From assembly GCF_018350175.1 (NCBI RefSeq), contig NC_058368.1:71736001-71800000 (forward strand): DNA of 64,000 nucleotides. The letters are read 5' to 3'. The position numbers and the translations under genes are program-made. A model generated the notes under the pieces. That model had not been told where the DNA came from. It saw only the letters and a list, made by a program, of their open reading frames with translations, and searched no databases. How positions within the stretch are numbered: the stretch's first letter is position 1; every line of letters begins with the position of its first letter. Of this stretch, positions 49,736-63,067 are shown piece by piece. This DNA is from Felis catus (lineage: Eukaryota).

Positions 49736-51892
49736 AGACAAGGCAGAAAGAATAAAGTAAGTGCGAAAAATGCGTACAAATCTCACACTGTGTGGGAATA
49801 GAGGAGTGCTTCATTCTGTCAGAGAAGGTTGGGCATGCCAACTTGTAGCAACTGGCTGAAAAACACCCATGGTACTTCTCTGAATAATGTCTCTTCTAAG
49901 TTTTTGTATGCTAGTGCTAAAATAACTTGTAGACTTTTGACAAAGGGGGAGATGCTGTCTGACCTTTAAAGGGAAAGAGCAGTTTTGGCGGCTGAGGCTT
50001 TAGATCTTCCCTCCCAGCTCAGGACTCGAAGAAAAACTTGAATTACCGAAACTGGCAGGGGCTCAGCTAGACTTCAGGCATTTTCTATCAAACATGAGCA
50101 TAAACCGTGTTTTGAGTGAGAAAGGCTGCATATTTTCATCACTCTTGGTGAAATAGCATTTCGTGATATTTGTATTTCAGCCCGGTTCTCTCCCTTTATT
50201 CCCCTTATTCAAACAGATAGTAGTCCCTGAGGTTCCTTGTTCAGAGAGGGTTTTGCACTGACTGGTTTGTTTCCAAGCTTAAACCATTGAAGAGATAAGA
50301 CAGTGGGTCTCCGATAAGGAACCCTCACTGAGAGTGTCCTGCTTGGAGATCTGATGTCGTGGAGAAGCAGGAATGAAAGGCATGAAGGATCCTTCTCCTC
50401 TCCATCTGGGCTACTCTCCACCACAGATTAGAAAGAATTTAGGTAAAAGGAGAAGGAAGTCTGGGGGTCTTGGAGGAGGGGGTCTTAGCTATGGCTTCCT
50501 AGAAGTACTTGGACCCAAGGGAGAAGCAAGAGGGGCAACCCGGCTTATTTAGGCAGATGGGCTCCCACATGTAGATGGGAACAACAGAGAGCTGGGAGGC
50601 CAGCTGGGCCGTGCAGGGAGAAGTGATAACCTGATAACCCTTGTCCAGAAGACCTCTATAACCTCCCAAGCACTCCAGAGAACCTCGGGAAGCTCTGAAA
50701 GTGATCGAGGTTACGTTTTCTTCCAGACTTGCATTATTGGAGTTGAATCAGAAATCAGTCTGATTTATGTAAATAAAGGGATGGGGTGGGGGGTGGGGAG
50801 AGGTTGCACCAGAGTTTCTGCACTGTGAGTCATGGATACTTACATGAAATAAAAGGACCACAGAATAAATACAGATTATCTCACATTGTGTGTGTTTAAG
50901 TTCACCGGATGGACTGTGTATATGGAAACACTCATGGCTTGGGGGGATAGAAGACCCAAGTAGGAGCCATAGATCAGTTATCTAGCCACCACTTGCTGAT
51001 GTCAAGGAGCATGTTTGTTTGCATTTGCATGCAGATTTTTTTGCCTTTCTTGTCCCTTCTTCTTATTATAGACTTTGTGGCTGTTCTTTGTGTCAGGATT
51101 TTGTTTGTGAATTGGGTAAGAAGTTAGACTCCCTTAGGGAAATGCATTGAGTAGGAGTTTAAAGCAGAGTAGAAATGAGGAGGAAGCTGGGAAATATTGA
51201 ATCTTTTTTATATAAATTCTTGGTCTCTTTATATTATCTGGGTTTGGAGTAAAGAGAGCTGAAACATATTTCTTTTGGGGGAGAAGTGTTTCAAAAAAGC
51301 AAAGATTTAGGAGAACATATCACCTACATCTGTAGATTAAAAAATGTGGTTTCATTAAAAATATTGACTAGATTTCCAACAGAAAAACAAACTGGTCCTG
51401 ATTTATGTTTTGTACAGGCAATCTATGGCTTTGCAGACTGTAATTATTCCTGCTTTTCTGCTGCCAGCTGTAGTGAGGAGGGTCTCTTTGGTGGCCATTG
51501 TAGGCAGAGAATGGAGGCTGATTCTGGCAATTGTTCATAGTGGATCCTGGGGGCAGCGCATGTTGGAGGCCAGTTCACCAGGATAAAATTTTGGGGATGT
51601 CACACCATTCTGTTCCTGGAGTGCTGTGCAATTGTAGCACAACACCAGCCTGGGGCAAGCTCCTGGGGAGGGAGCCAACAAGTTGTCGCTTAGAGGACAG
51701 TTTCTCAAATGAATGCTCAGGTCATGTGGAGAAGACCTGAGTCCCTAGCAGGACAATGCATCAGATTGAGAAATCAAGGTGGTTGGTAAATTCAATGGCT
51801 TAGTGCAGCACACACAGTCTTTTCTGCATGTAGAGGGCTTGCTCTAGGCACAATGGATTCTGGATCTGTTTGACAGCAAAGGAAATTTGGGG

Positions 51893-52491
51893 GATGGTGG
51901 TAGACAGAACAGTCCCCCAAAGATGTCCACACCCTAATTCCTGGAGCCTGTGAATGTGTTACATTATATTGCAAAAAAAGGGTTTTGCAGATGTAATAAA
52001 AATTTCTAATTAATAATCAGTTAACATGAAGATAGGGAGACTATCCTGGATCAAGTTGGGGAAAGAAAGGCAGGAAATCAATGTAGTCATGAGTCCTAAA
52101 AGCAGAACCCTTTCTCTGAATGAAGGCCAAGAGGAAGGGTGGAAAAAGTCAGAGAAACTCCAAGTGTGAGCAGGATCCCATGCATCACTGCTGGCTGAAG
52201 ATGGAGGGAGAAACTACAGGCAGCCTCAGGTAGTTCAGACAAGTTTCCAGAAGCAGACCTCGGTCCTAGAGCTGCAAGGCCGTGAAGTCTCCCAACATCA
52301 ATGAACTTGGAAGCAGATTTCCTCTCAGGGCCACCAGCTGAGAGAGCCCGGGCAGGCCAACACCTTGATTTTGCCTGAGACCCAGAGAAGAAACAGCTGA
52401 GCCCACCCAGAATCCCAGGAGCATTTTTGTTTTGCTTTAAGCTGCTAAGTGTGTAGTGATTTGTTATAGGAGCAATAGCGGGTGAATACAG
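51893..52491 (+). mobile_element. MaLR (MLT1D/E-like) LTR
   Basis: cccccaaagatgtccacaccctaattcctggagcctgtgaatgtgttac...tttaagctgctaagtgtgtagtgatttgttatagg...aataca. Confidence 0.8.
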
Positions 52492-52506
52492 AATGAGGGG
52501 ATTGGG

Positions 52507-52861
52507 TGTCTTAGTAAATTCAGGCTGCTATAACAAAGACACTACAGACTACGGGGCTTAAACAGCAGACACTTAATTTTTCGAATGCCCAGAGGCTGGC
52601 AGGCTGAGACCAAGGTGCCAGCATGCTTGGTTCTGGCAAGAATCCAATTCTGCTTTGCAGAAGGCTCTTGTCGCTATGTTCTCTTGTGGCAGAGAGGGCA
52701 AGCATGAGTCTCTTCATCTCCTCATAAGGGCAGTAATTCCAACATAGGGCCCATCCTCAAGACCTAATTACCTCCCAAAGGACCCACCTCCAAATACTAC
52801 CAATAGGGAGTTTAGCTTTCAACAGATGAACTTTGTGCGGGATGCCTTCAGTCCATAGCAC
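52507..52861 (-). mobile_element. MaLR (MST/MLT1A-like) LTR
   Basis: tgtcttagt...caggctgctataacaaa...gacctaattacctcccaaagg...ttcagtccatagca. Confidence 0.82.
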
Positions 52862-54029
52862 AGGGTGATGGATCCAGTCTAGCTTGATAGTCGCGGTGGC
52901 TTGGGCAATTCTGGGGCATGGGACTGAATCTTTGGGTAGGGACTCTGTGAACCCAGTGCCAGAAGGCAGAGAGAGAACCCAAAGAAGAGTAGGAAAGGAC
53001 AGCAACTCAGGATGGCAGAATTCTCTGCAAGTTCAGGGCCTTTTAACTCAGCTGACTGCATCTTGAAGTCTTGGTGGGTGGCAGGTTAATCATGTTTTCA
53101 CATGGAAATAGCATTTGTACCCGATGGCATAGGAATCAGCTGTATCAAGCCTAACTGTCCTGTGTCTAATTCTCTTGCAATCTGTTAAGGCTTTTCCAGG
53201 AAACCAGTGAGAAAAACAAAACACCAGGTTGAGAAGGGAAGGGTTTGCTCAGCTACCATTACTTTCCTTGATGCAGTATTTTAGAAAATAAGTGATGTCT
53301 CTTCTGTATCCTGTGTGAAAGCTGCTGGCAACTTTGGTCAGAAAAACAGAAGTATTAAGATTTATATTGTTTTTATCTGGAAGAAAGTTGTGACTAAAAA
53401 AAAAAAAAACAAGGTAAAGCCTAAAACCAACTTCCACTTATTTCTTGTGGTGTCACTTTGAGATATTTAGGACTCAAAGCTCTGTTTGTAATTGTAGTGG
53501 CTGCTTGATGGAAAGCCAGTGACAGGATTGCTGGTGGATGCAACCTACCAAATGCCTTAGCTTTGAATACAGCGACAATACCGTCCCCTCCTTTTCTGCA
53601 GGGACTGTGACCAGGCTTTGATGGCCACTTCTTCCATCTCAAAGGTTGAGGAAATCACTGTGTTCCCCCAGCAATGTTTGCAGCTTTTCATCAGTCACAC
53701 CCACACAGAACGAAGGTTGTGACCTCTCAAGAGCTAATCTATTAATTAGAACAAGAAATTGCTCTGGAGTGCCCATCCTTAGAACAGCTTCTGAGAATCT
53801 CAGTTATCCCAAAGGAATATTTCTTCCTTTGCAAGTCTGAGCCATCTTTAGGATGTGAGATACCATGTTCAAGGTTTTACTGGCATTTTGAAGTCTACGT
53901 TGTCTACGGATGAATAGCAATTTCAAATATTACAAATAATATGGTTGATTGTGTGCTTGTCTCTATGTGTTTTAACACCGAACTGAATGTCCTATGCAAT
54001 GTGCCAATTTAACCTGACTCCTCCCCTGC

Positions 54030-54375
54030 CTCTCACAGATTCCATCTGCAAATCCTGTTTGTCTTTGTCTTTAAAATTTCCCCCAAATGCTATGACTTGA
54101 CATTACTTCCACAAACACCATCCTAATCTGAGCCCCCATCACATATTGCTTGGACTGATACAGTAGCCTCCAAGGTGACCAACTTACATCACTCTCCAGC
54201 CCTGTCCTCTGCTTTTTTCTTTTTTAAATACCATCTATATGTGGGATTATATTACCTACCAATCGGTTTGTGGCCTATTTCTTTACTGGATGTAAGCTTC
54301 TGTTAATTGTTGTCTCCAGTGTCCATAATAATGGCAGTCATGAAGGACGCATGTGATAAACATGATGTTGAACTA
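54030..54375 (+). mobile_element. L2 3' fragment
   Basis: catctgcaaatcctgt...cttggactgatacagtagcctcc...gtaagcttc...tctccagtgtcc. Confidence 0.5.
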
Positions 54376-54991
54376 AAAGTACCTGACTCATACGTATCAA
54401 ATTCGTAGACTTGTTTGGATTTATTCCTGTTGTCTTATTTGCTTTTCTTTTACTATGCTTTCGAGTTGCTTTAACTGGGTTAATTGGTATTTTTGTTTAT
54501 TTGTTTTCCACTTTTCCCTTCTCTAAGTTTGGAAATGTATGCAACTTACATGGAAATTTCTAATGTTTACCCTTAAATGCTTAACGTTGTCTAGAATGAG
54601 TAATTATCTAGAAATAATCTGGAATTAGTAAACTTGTCTGGAATGAGTTTTATCTTCCACCTTCCACACTCCCAACAAAAAGGTAAGAACTTTATTGCCC
54701 TTCTAGTCCCCCTACCTAGTCACTATCTCACCTATCTCCATGAAACTCCAGGTTGTATGGGATATCTTACTTAAAACTTAAATATTTAATATTCATTCTA
54801 AGGTCACAATTAATTTTACCACTGTGGTTGTAACCTTTTCCTATATAAATCTCCCCTCTTCATCCTGAAACTCCCTTCTCCCTATCCCCATAATTTTCAT
54901 CGTGATGCTTCCAAGAAGGGTCACTGAACAGTAAACTTTATGAAAGTTTATGTCTGTAAGTGTATTTATGTTAAAACATATGTCAGGAAAC

Positions 54992-55218
54992 TTTTTTTTT
55001 TTATTTTTTTTTTTTCAACGTTTATTTATTTTTGGGACAGAGAGAGACAGAGCATGAACGGGGGAGGGGCAGAGAGAGAGGGAGACACAGAATCGGAAAC
55101 AGGCTCCAGGCTCTGAGCCATCAGCCCAGAGCCCGACGCGGGGCTCGAACTCACGGACCGTGAGATCGTGACCTGGCTGAAGTCGGACGCTTAACCGACT
55201 GCGCCACCCAGGCGCCCC
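54992..55218 (-). mobile_element. Young CanSINE (SINEC_Fc type)
   Basis: Near-identical reverse complement of 1953-2170; TSD aggaaactttttt. Confidence 0.95.
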
Positions 55219-55226
55219 AGGAAACT

Positions 55227-55320
55227 TTTTTTAAATGTAATCTCTATGCCCAATGTGGGGATGGAGACACTGAGGATAGGAGTTGCATGGCTCTACCAAC
55301 TGAGTCAGCCAGGTGTCCCC
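55227..55320 (-). mobile_element. Short older CanSINE
   Basis: gtaatctctatgcccaatgtgggg...ctaccaactgagtcagccaggtgtcccc, same type as 4171-4285. Confidence 0.8.
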
Positions 55321-55509
55321 AGGACACTTTTTTAAATGGTACAAATAATAAGTACTTTAGGCTTGCAGGCCATATGATCTCAGTTACAGCTACTCAACTC
55401 TGCCACCATGCAAAAGACTGCAGCCATAGAATGGGCATGCTGTGTTCTGAGAAATTTATATTTATAAAAACAGGTGTTTGGTCCACTGGCTATAGTTTGC
55501 TGACCTCTG
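55321..55509 (+). mobile_element. MER58A-like DNA transposon (first bases near 54983)
   Basis: aataagtactttaggcttgcaggccatatg...tactcaactctgcca...tagtttgctgacctctg. Confidence 0.7.
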
Positions 55510-55749
55510 TTTTAAAGAATGGTTTGTCTGGGTATAGAATTTTAGGTTCAGAGCTATTCTCCTTTAGATATTGAAGATAATTGCTCCAGTGTCTTTCTGT
55601 ATCCACTGCTGTTCCCACGAGCTTGACGTTAACCAGATTCTCTTCCTTTGCAGATAACCAGTTTATACTTCTTCAGAAGGTTTTAGGGTTTTATTTTTAT
55701 TGTAATGAAGTTTCTCCATAGATTTTCAACAGCCAACTCCAAAAAATGT

Positions 55750-56270
55750 CTATTGAAAGTTACTTTTTGATAAAGCAAAGCTGAGTTTATTAATCCTACT
55801 GTAGTAAGGGAGACCATCACCAGGCTCATAGCAATGTCTCAGAAGGAGAAAGTCAGGGGAAGATATTTATAGGGTTCTGGAGTCAGTGCTCATGTGACTT
55901 AAGGCAGGTATTCTGAGGCAGGGAATTTATTAGGATTGGGCAAAATTCCTAACTAATAGTTTAGGTTTGATGGACACAGTGAAGCTCAAAGCAAATATTG
56001 ATATATAAACTGTCGTTGATAAATGAGCTGTTTGCTCAGGTGTAAACACTGTTGTTCAGAGAGGAAAACTGTTTGCCCAGATGCACATACCCTTTACCCA
56101 GACAAATTGGTTTTCAGCAGTTTCCTGAGGTAAACAGCAATTATTTATTGATTTATGGCCTTATCTTTCTGGGCAAGTATTTTCTGGAACAAGTAAGTCA
56201 TGTTGAAACAGGTGGTCTTGGTTCTTGGTCCCATTAGCTAAGCTATATGGACACAACTGTTCTCTAATAC
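55750..56270 (-). mobile_element. LTR-like element within old L1ME-type sequence (family uncertain)
   Basis: aagctgagtttatta...tgtagtaagggagaccatcacc...gtctcagaagg...tatttatagggtt reads as the reverse of an LTR poly(A) and TATA region. Confidence 0.5.
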
Positions 56271-57300
56271 CAGTTGTGTATGAATAATTTTGTAAAAAAT
56301 GATCCTGCTGGGTAATGAGCTCTTTCAGAGACCTCATATTTTACTTCAGTTCTGTAAATTTCTAATCGATGATTTCTTTAAATTTTGTTTTGATTTTCTC
56401 TAGGCTCTTTTGTAATTGCTATTTATAATGGATGCTGGAACTAGATTTATTCTATGAAGTCTGTTAATTTTGTATCTTTTGAGCAAATTCTATGGCTTCA
56501 TTTTCCAATTGATTTGCTCCTCAGCTGTGCCATTCTGTTTCTCTATGCATCATATTAAGTTTTCAATTTCAACAACTATAATTTTAATGTCAAACAGCTT
56601 TTATGAGTTCTATCTATTCTTTTGGTTGCATTATTTCCTTAAATCTTTGATATAGTTATGTGTCTTAAAGAGAAAACAAAAAACCCTTTTCTATGATTCC
56701 ACTTCAATGTGCTTCTTGAGCTGTACGGTTTCCTCTCTCCATTCATCTCCGCCCCCCTCTATCTTACGGTGTTGACTCTCCTTGGATATTTGATTCTTGC
56801 TTCTACACCTTATGTTCAGATTCCCTGTTACAGATCTGCTGTAACAACTTATGTAGACTGCTTGAGGGGGTGTGGGAACTGCCATTCAGACTTGTCCTCA
56901 CTGCTCTTAGTGAGTGTGGCAGAAGCTTCTGTGATGTGTCAGGATAGGCTATGTCACATCCAGTCCTTAAGGCATACCAGGACCCTGCCCTCCATGTCCT
57001 GCTCCCACAGTTTCTGTGCCTGCCGCTTTGTGGAAGGTCAGAGCCCACACATGGCCACCTGCTGCACCCGCAGAGGAGGCTGGGGCTCTGGGGCTGCCTG
57101 CTGTCCTCACCTGGGGGGCTCTCAGCCGCCACCTCCTTCTGGATGCCATCGCCCTTGATCTGGTGTTTGTTCGAGGCTTTTAGCAGAAATCGCCCACCTT
57201 CATCCTGGGCCACAGTTTTTCCTCTTTATTCCTGTCTGCTTTGTAATTTTAACAGATTCTTTACAGTTTCTTTTTTTTTAATTAAAAAATGTTTATTTAT

Positions 57301-57513
57301 TAAAATTTTTTTTAATGTTTATTTATTCTTGGGAGATAGAGAAACACAGAGCACGAGCAGGGGAGGGGCAGAGAGAGACACAGAATCAGAAACAAGCTCT
57401 AGGCTCTGAGCTGTCAGCACAGAGCTCAACGCCGGACTGGAACCCACAGACCGTGAGATCATGACCTGAGCCCAAGTCGGACATCTAACTGATTGAGCCA
57501 ACCAGGCGCCCCC
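57301..57513 (-). mobile_element. CanSINE inserted in tail of adjacent SINE
   Basis: Flanked by aa(aa/gt)atgtttatttat at 57285-57300 and 57515-57530. Confidence 0.9.
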
Positions 57514-57731
57514 AAAGTATGTTTATTTATTTTTAATGTTTACTTATTTTTCATAGAGAAAGAGTGTGAGTAGGGGAGGGGCAGAGAAAGAGGGAGAAAC
57601 AGAATCTGAAGCAGGCTCCAGGCTCTGAGCTGTCAGTACAGAGCCTGACATGGGGCTCAAATGCATGAACTGTGAGATTATGACCTGAGCCCAAGTTGGA
57701 TGCTTAACCGACTGAGCCACCCAGGCACCCC
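57514..57731 (-). mobile_element. CanSINE (host of the previous one)
   Basis: Outer TSD tacagtttct at 57262-57271 and 57732-57741. Confidence 0.9.
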
Positions 57732-57892
57732 TACAGTTTCTGGCTGACCTACAGTTTTCTTTCTTTTCAGTCCCAACTCTGTATTCATTTGTTTACTTTT
57801 AAAAATGTCTGATGATTTTTATGAATTTCATATAGGAGACACTAGCAATCTGTCATGGAGCATTTATTTCCTTTCTTTGTTTAAGTTTATTT

Positions 57893-60800
57893 ATTTGTTT
57901 ATTTATTTATTTACTTAAAATATGAAATTTATTGTCAAATTGGTTTCTATACAACACCCAGTGCTCATTCCAACAGGTGCCCTCCTCAATACCCACCACC
58001 CACCCTCTCCTCCCTCCCACCCCCCATCAACTCTCAGTTTGTTCTTAGTTTTTAAGAGTCTCTTATGTTTTGGCTCCCTCCCTCTCTAACCTCTTTTTTT
58101 TTCCCTTCCCCTCCTCCATGGTCTTCTGTTAAATTTCTCAGGATCCATATAAGAGTGAAAACATATGGTATCTGTCTTTCTCGGTATGACTTACTTCACT
58201 TAGCATCACACTCTCAAGTTCCATCCACGTTGCTACAAAAGACCATATTTCATTCTTTCTCATTGCCATGTAGTACTCCATTGTGTATATAAACCATAAT
58301 TTCTTTATCCATTCATCAGTTGATGGACATTTAGGCTCTTTCCATAATTTGGCTATTGTTGAAAGTGCTGCTAAAAACATTGGGGTACAAGTGCCCCTAT
58401 GCATCAGCACTCCTGTATCCCTTGGGTAAATTCCTAGCAGTGCTATTGCTGGGTTATAGGGTAGATCTATTTTTAATTTTTTGAGGAACCTCCACGCTCT
58501 TTTCCAGATTGGCCGCACCAGTTTGCATTCCCACCAACAGTGCAAGAGGGTTCCCGTTTCTCCACATCCTCTCTAGCATCTATAGTCTCCTGATGTGTTC
58601 ATTTTAGCCACTCTGACTGGTGTGAGGTGGTATCTGAGTGTGGTTTTGATTTGTATTTCCCTGATAAGGAGCGACATTGAACATATTTTCATGTGCCTGT
58701 TGGCCATCTGGATGTCTTCTTTAGAGAAGTGTCTATTCATGTTTTCTGCCCATTTCTTCACTGGATTATTTGTTTTTTGGGTGTGGAGTTTGGCGAGCTC
58801 TTTCTAGATTTTGGATACTAGCCCTTTATCCGATATGTCATTTGCAAATATCTTTTCCCATTCCGTTGGTTGTCTTTTAGTTTTGTTGATTGTTTCCTTT
58901 GCAGTGGAAAGCTTTTTATCTTCATGAGGTCCCAATAGTTCATTTTTGCTTTTAATTCCCTTGCCTTTGGGGATGTGTCAAGTAAGAAATTGCTACGGCT
59001 GAGGTCAGAGAGGTCTTTTCCTGCTTTCTCCTCTAGGGTTTTGATGCTTTCCTGTCTCACATTCAGGTCCTTTATCCATTTTGAGTTTATATTTGTGAAT
59101 GGTGTAAGAAAGTGGTCTAATTTCATCCTTCTGCATGTTGCTGTCCAGTTCTCCCAGCACCATTTGTTAAAGAGGCTGTCTTTTTCCCATTGGATGTTCT
59201 TTCCTGCTTTGTCAAAGATTAGTTGGCCATACATTTGTGGGTCTAGTTCTGGGGTTTCTATTCTATTCCATTGGTCTATGTGTCTGTTTTTGTGCCAATA
59301 CCATGCTGTCTTGATGATTACAGCTTTGTAGTGGAGGCTAAAGTCTGGGATTGTGATGCCTCCTGCTTTGGTCTTCTTCTTCAAAATTACTTTGGTTATT
59401 CGGGGCCTTTTGTGGTTCCATACAAATTTTAGGTTTGCTTGTTCTAGCTTTGAGAAGAATGCTGGTGCAATTTTGATTGGGATTGCATTGAATGTGTAGA
59501 TAGCTTTGGGTAGTATTGACATTTTAACAATATTTATTCTTCCAATCCATGGGCATGGAATGCTTTTCCATTTCTTTATATCTTCTTCAATTTGCTTCAT
59601 AAGCTTTCTATAGTTTTCAGCATACAGATCTTCTACATCTTTGGTTAGGTTTATTCCTAGGTATTTTATGCTTCTTGGTGCAATTGTGAAAGGGATCAGT
59701 TTCTCTATTTGTCTTTCGGTTGCTTCATTATTAGTATATAAGAATGCAACTGATTTCTGTACTTTGATTTTGTATCCTGCGACTTTGCTGAATTCATGTA
59801 CCAGTTCTAGCAGACTTTTGGTGGAGTCTATCGGGTTTTCCATGTATAATATCATGTCATCTGCAAAAAGTGAAAGCTTGGCATCATCATTGCCAACTTT
59901 GATGCCTTTGATTTCCTTTTGTTGTCTGATTGCTGATGCTAGCACTTCCAACACTATGTTAAACAACAGCGGTGAGAGTGGACATTCCTGTCGTGTTCCT
60001 GATCTCAGGGGGAAAGCTCTCAGTTTTTCCCCATTGAGGATGATATTAGCTGTGGGCTTTTCATAAATGGCTTGTATGATGTTTAAGTGTGTTCCTTCTA
60101 TCCTGACTTTCTCGAGGGTTTTTATTAAGAAAGGATGCTGAATTTTGTCACATGCTTTTTCTGCATCGATAGACAGGATCATATGGTTCTTATCTTTTCT
60201 TTTACTAATGTGATGTATCACATTGATTGATTTGCGAATGTTGAACCAGCCCTGCAGCCCAGGAATGAATCCCACTTGGATCATGGTCAATAATGCTTTT
60301 TCTATGCTGTTGAATTCGATTTGCTAGTATCTTATTGAGAATTTTTGCATCCATATTCATCAGGGATATTGGCCTGTAGTTCTCTTTTTTTGCTGGGTCT
60401 CTTTCTGGTTTAGGAATCAAAGTAATGCTGGCTTCATAGAATGAGTCTGGAAGTTTTCCTTCCCTTTCTATTTTTCGGAATAGCTTGAGAAGGATAGGTA
60501 TTATCTCTGCTTTAAATGTCTGGTAGAATTCCCCTGGGAAGCCATCTGGTCCTGGACTCTTATTTGTTGGGAGATTTTTGATAACTGATTCAATTTCTTT
60601 GCTGGTTATGGGTCTGTTCAAGTTTTCTATTTCTTACTGTTTGAGTTTTGGAAGTGTGTGGGTGCTGAGGAATTTGTCCCTTTCTTCCAGGTTGTCCAGT
60701 TTGTTGGCATATAATTTTTCATAGTATTCCCTGATAATTGCTTGTATTTCTGAGGGATTGGTTGTAATAATTCCATTTTCATTCATGATTTTATATATTT

Positions 60801-61017
60801 GGGTCATCTCTCTCTCTTTTTTTTTTTTTTTTTTTTTTTGAGAAGCCTGGGTAGAGGTTTATCAATTTTGTTTATTTTTTCAAAAAACCAACTCTTGGTT
60901 TCATTGATCTGCTCTACAGTTTTTTTAGATTCTATATTGTTTATTTCTGCTCTGATCTTTATTATTTCTCTTCTTCTGCTGGGTTTGGGGTGTCTTTGCT
61001 ATTCTGCTTCTATTTCC
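57893..61017 (-). mobile_element. 5'-truncated carnivore/felid L1 (~3.1 kb) with disrupted ORF2
   Basis: ORF pieces 60205-60621 ([15 protein letters not shown]), 58818-60290 (RT with LFADD), 58573-58761 and 58138-58545 (HCWWECK), separated by frameshifts and an in-frame stop. 3'UTR and A-rich tail at the left end; TSD ttaagtttatt at 57881 and 61018. Confidence 0.97.
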
Positions 61018-61248
61018 TTAAGTTTATTTATTTTGAAAGAAAGCAAGTGAAAGAGAGCGAGAGAGAGAGAGGAGTGAGCACCAGAGGGGAAGGGCGGAGA
61101 GAGAGGGAGAGAGAGAAAAAATCCCAAGCAGGCTCCACGTTGTCAGCCCAGAGCCCTACATAGGACTTGAACTTATGGAACCATGAGATCATGACCTGAA
61201 CCGAAATCAAGAGTCAGCACTTAACTGACTGAGCCACCCAGGTGCCCC
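61018..61248 (-). mobile_element. CanSINE whose tail was hit by the L1
   Basis: Reverse head at 61248; outer TSD catttattt(t)cctt at 57861-57873 and 61250-61263. Confidence 0.88.
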
Positions 61249-61879
61249 ACATTTATTTTCCTTATATCAAATCAAAGCCCGAGGCACCATCTTATCCAGC
61301 AAAAAAATTCATTCAGTCACTTTGGGGTGCCCTCATCAGATAGCTGGGCCCTGGGATAGTTGGCACATAGCTATCCTGGGAGCTGATCTGCCGTCTGCCC
61401 TGGTTACCCTTTAGAATCCCATTGCCAAAGCCCATTGCTTGTTCTGCTACTTCTGTCCCATCATTGATACAAAAATCTTTGCCAATGCTGTGCCCTGTGC
61501 CTAGGGTCCAGTCTTTCTATGGTGACAATAGCCTTTCTCCCTGAGGTCAGGCTACCTTTTGTGACCATAATGAGGGACTTGGTGGGGAGCTGTAAGTTCC
61601 TGCTGCTGACCCTACTCTAGTTTACTAGTTTAGAGGACTCTCCCTTTTCTGTTTTTGTTTTCTGTCCCCCCCCCCATTCCTTCTATATCCCCCTCCCACC
61701 CTTTCTTAGACACCCATTTTCCTCCTTTCCATCTTTGGGATATAATCTGCAGAAGAATGATAGGGTTCCAGAAAGGTCTCCTCTTAAGGAAAGGAAACAC
61801 AAAGGCTTTCCTGGAACGGGCAAAGAAAAATCCAGCAAATAAAATATATAGTTTCCACTCTTACTTTTTCCATTGCTAT

Positions 61880-62365
61880 TGCCTCATAAGCAACCACAGA
61901 ATTCAGTAGTATAAAATAACCATTCTGTTATGTTCACAGATTTGGTGAATCATGAATTTGGACAGGAAAAACAGGGCTGACTTGTCTTTGTTTCATGACA
62001 CCTAGATCCTCTGATGGGAAGACTGGGAACTACAGGGTAACCTAAGGCTAGGGACTAGAATCATCTGGTAGCATCTTCAGTTACATGTTTGGTGTTTGGT
62101 GCTGGCCATCAGCTGAGTTCTCAGCTACGTTCTTCACTTAAACACCTGTATGTGTCCTTTCCACAGCATCTCTCCACATGGGCTAGTTTGGGCTTCCTCA
62201 CAGCATTGTGGCTGAGTTCCAAGGAGCAGCTTCCCAAGGCAGGCATATGTGGCATTGTTAAGCCTTGGAAGTCACAAAGAGTTACTTTATACTGGTGAAA
62301 CAGTCCAAGTTTCGGTGGCAATGTTTGGAAAACACAATCTGGCAGAAGACACCTTTTGGCCACAA
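61880..62365 (-). mobile_element. Old MaLR (MLT1) LTR
   Basis: ttatgttcacagatttggtgaatcatgaatttggacagg...tctctccacatgggctagtttgggcttcctcacagcat...gccttggaagtcaca. Confidence 0.65.
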
Positions 62366-63015
62366 CAGTTCATATACCTTCCACATGTTGAGTTTATTCC
62401 CTCCCTTCTCTGAGAATGCTCATATTAGGTCTTGCACAGAATTATCCAGGGGTGGCTTGAGTAGGAGAGCTTTTGCCTAACACATAAGTCATAATCTTTC
62501 CTCCCCAAATCTGCCCAAAATAAGCATGCTAAGTAAAAATGGTAAGCACCTCTGCAGATATTAGAACAATTAGAAATGTCTTCAGGGCATTAGAAAAAAG
62601 ACAAAGCTATCAGCAAGGCCCCTAAATAAACATGTAATCTGATCAAAAGCAGGGTGATTATTATATGTATTTTACCATAATTAAAAAAAATTTTTTTAAA
62701 TATGTGTTTTCAAAACAAAAGTGGGAGTGGGTTCCATGGTTACATCATGTTTGGAAGAGTTAAGTATTATAGTTGTTTTGTTTTCAGATTTACTGCACAC
62801 CAGAGAAATCTAGAGTAAAAGCCTTACTTTCTTCTGTATAAAAGCATTTTTTAGAATGAACTGACCAAGGAGAACATAGTTTTGAATGTAAGGGAAGCAG
62901 ATCATCTCTAGGGTCCATTGTGGTGCTAAGTCCTATGATTGTTTTCTGAGTCTGAAAAGAGTAAACCCCAGATGGTATTAATTCTGACATTTATTTGCTG
63001 CCTTTTCCTGAACTC

Positions 63016-63020
<5 letters not shown>

Positions 63021-63065
<45 letters not shown>
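63021..63065. repeat. Poly(T) tract, 45 nt
   Basis: Direct reading. Confidence 0.97.

Positions 63066-63067
<2 letters not shown>

Noticed and set aside
56709..57409. Cluster of 136-152 aa ORFs
   Set aside because: No recognisable domain, several start at non-ATG codons, and they lie among decayed repeats; one runs into a SINE.
58595..60066. Hydrophobic plus-strand ORFs
   Set aside because: Antisense frames of the A-rich L1 ORF2.
58818..60290. 490-aa reverse transcriptase ORF as a novel RT system or active L1
   Set aside because: Ordinary L1 ORF2 fragment; the element lacks 5'UTR, ORF1 and the endonuclease domain, and has frameshifts and a stop.
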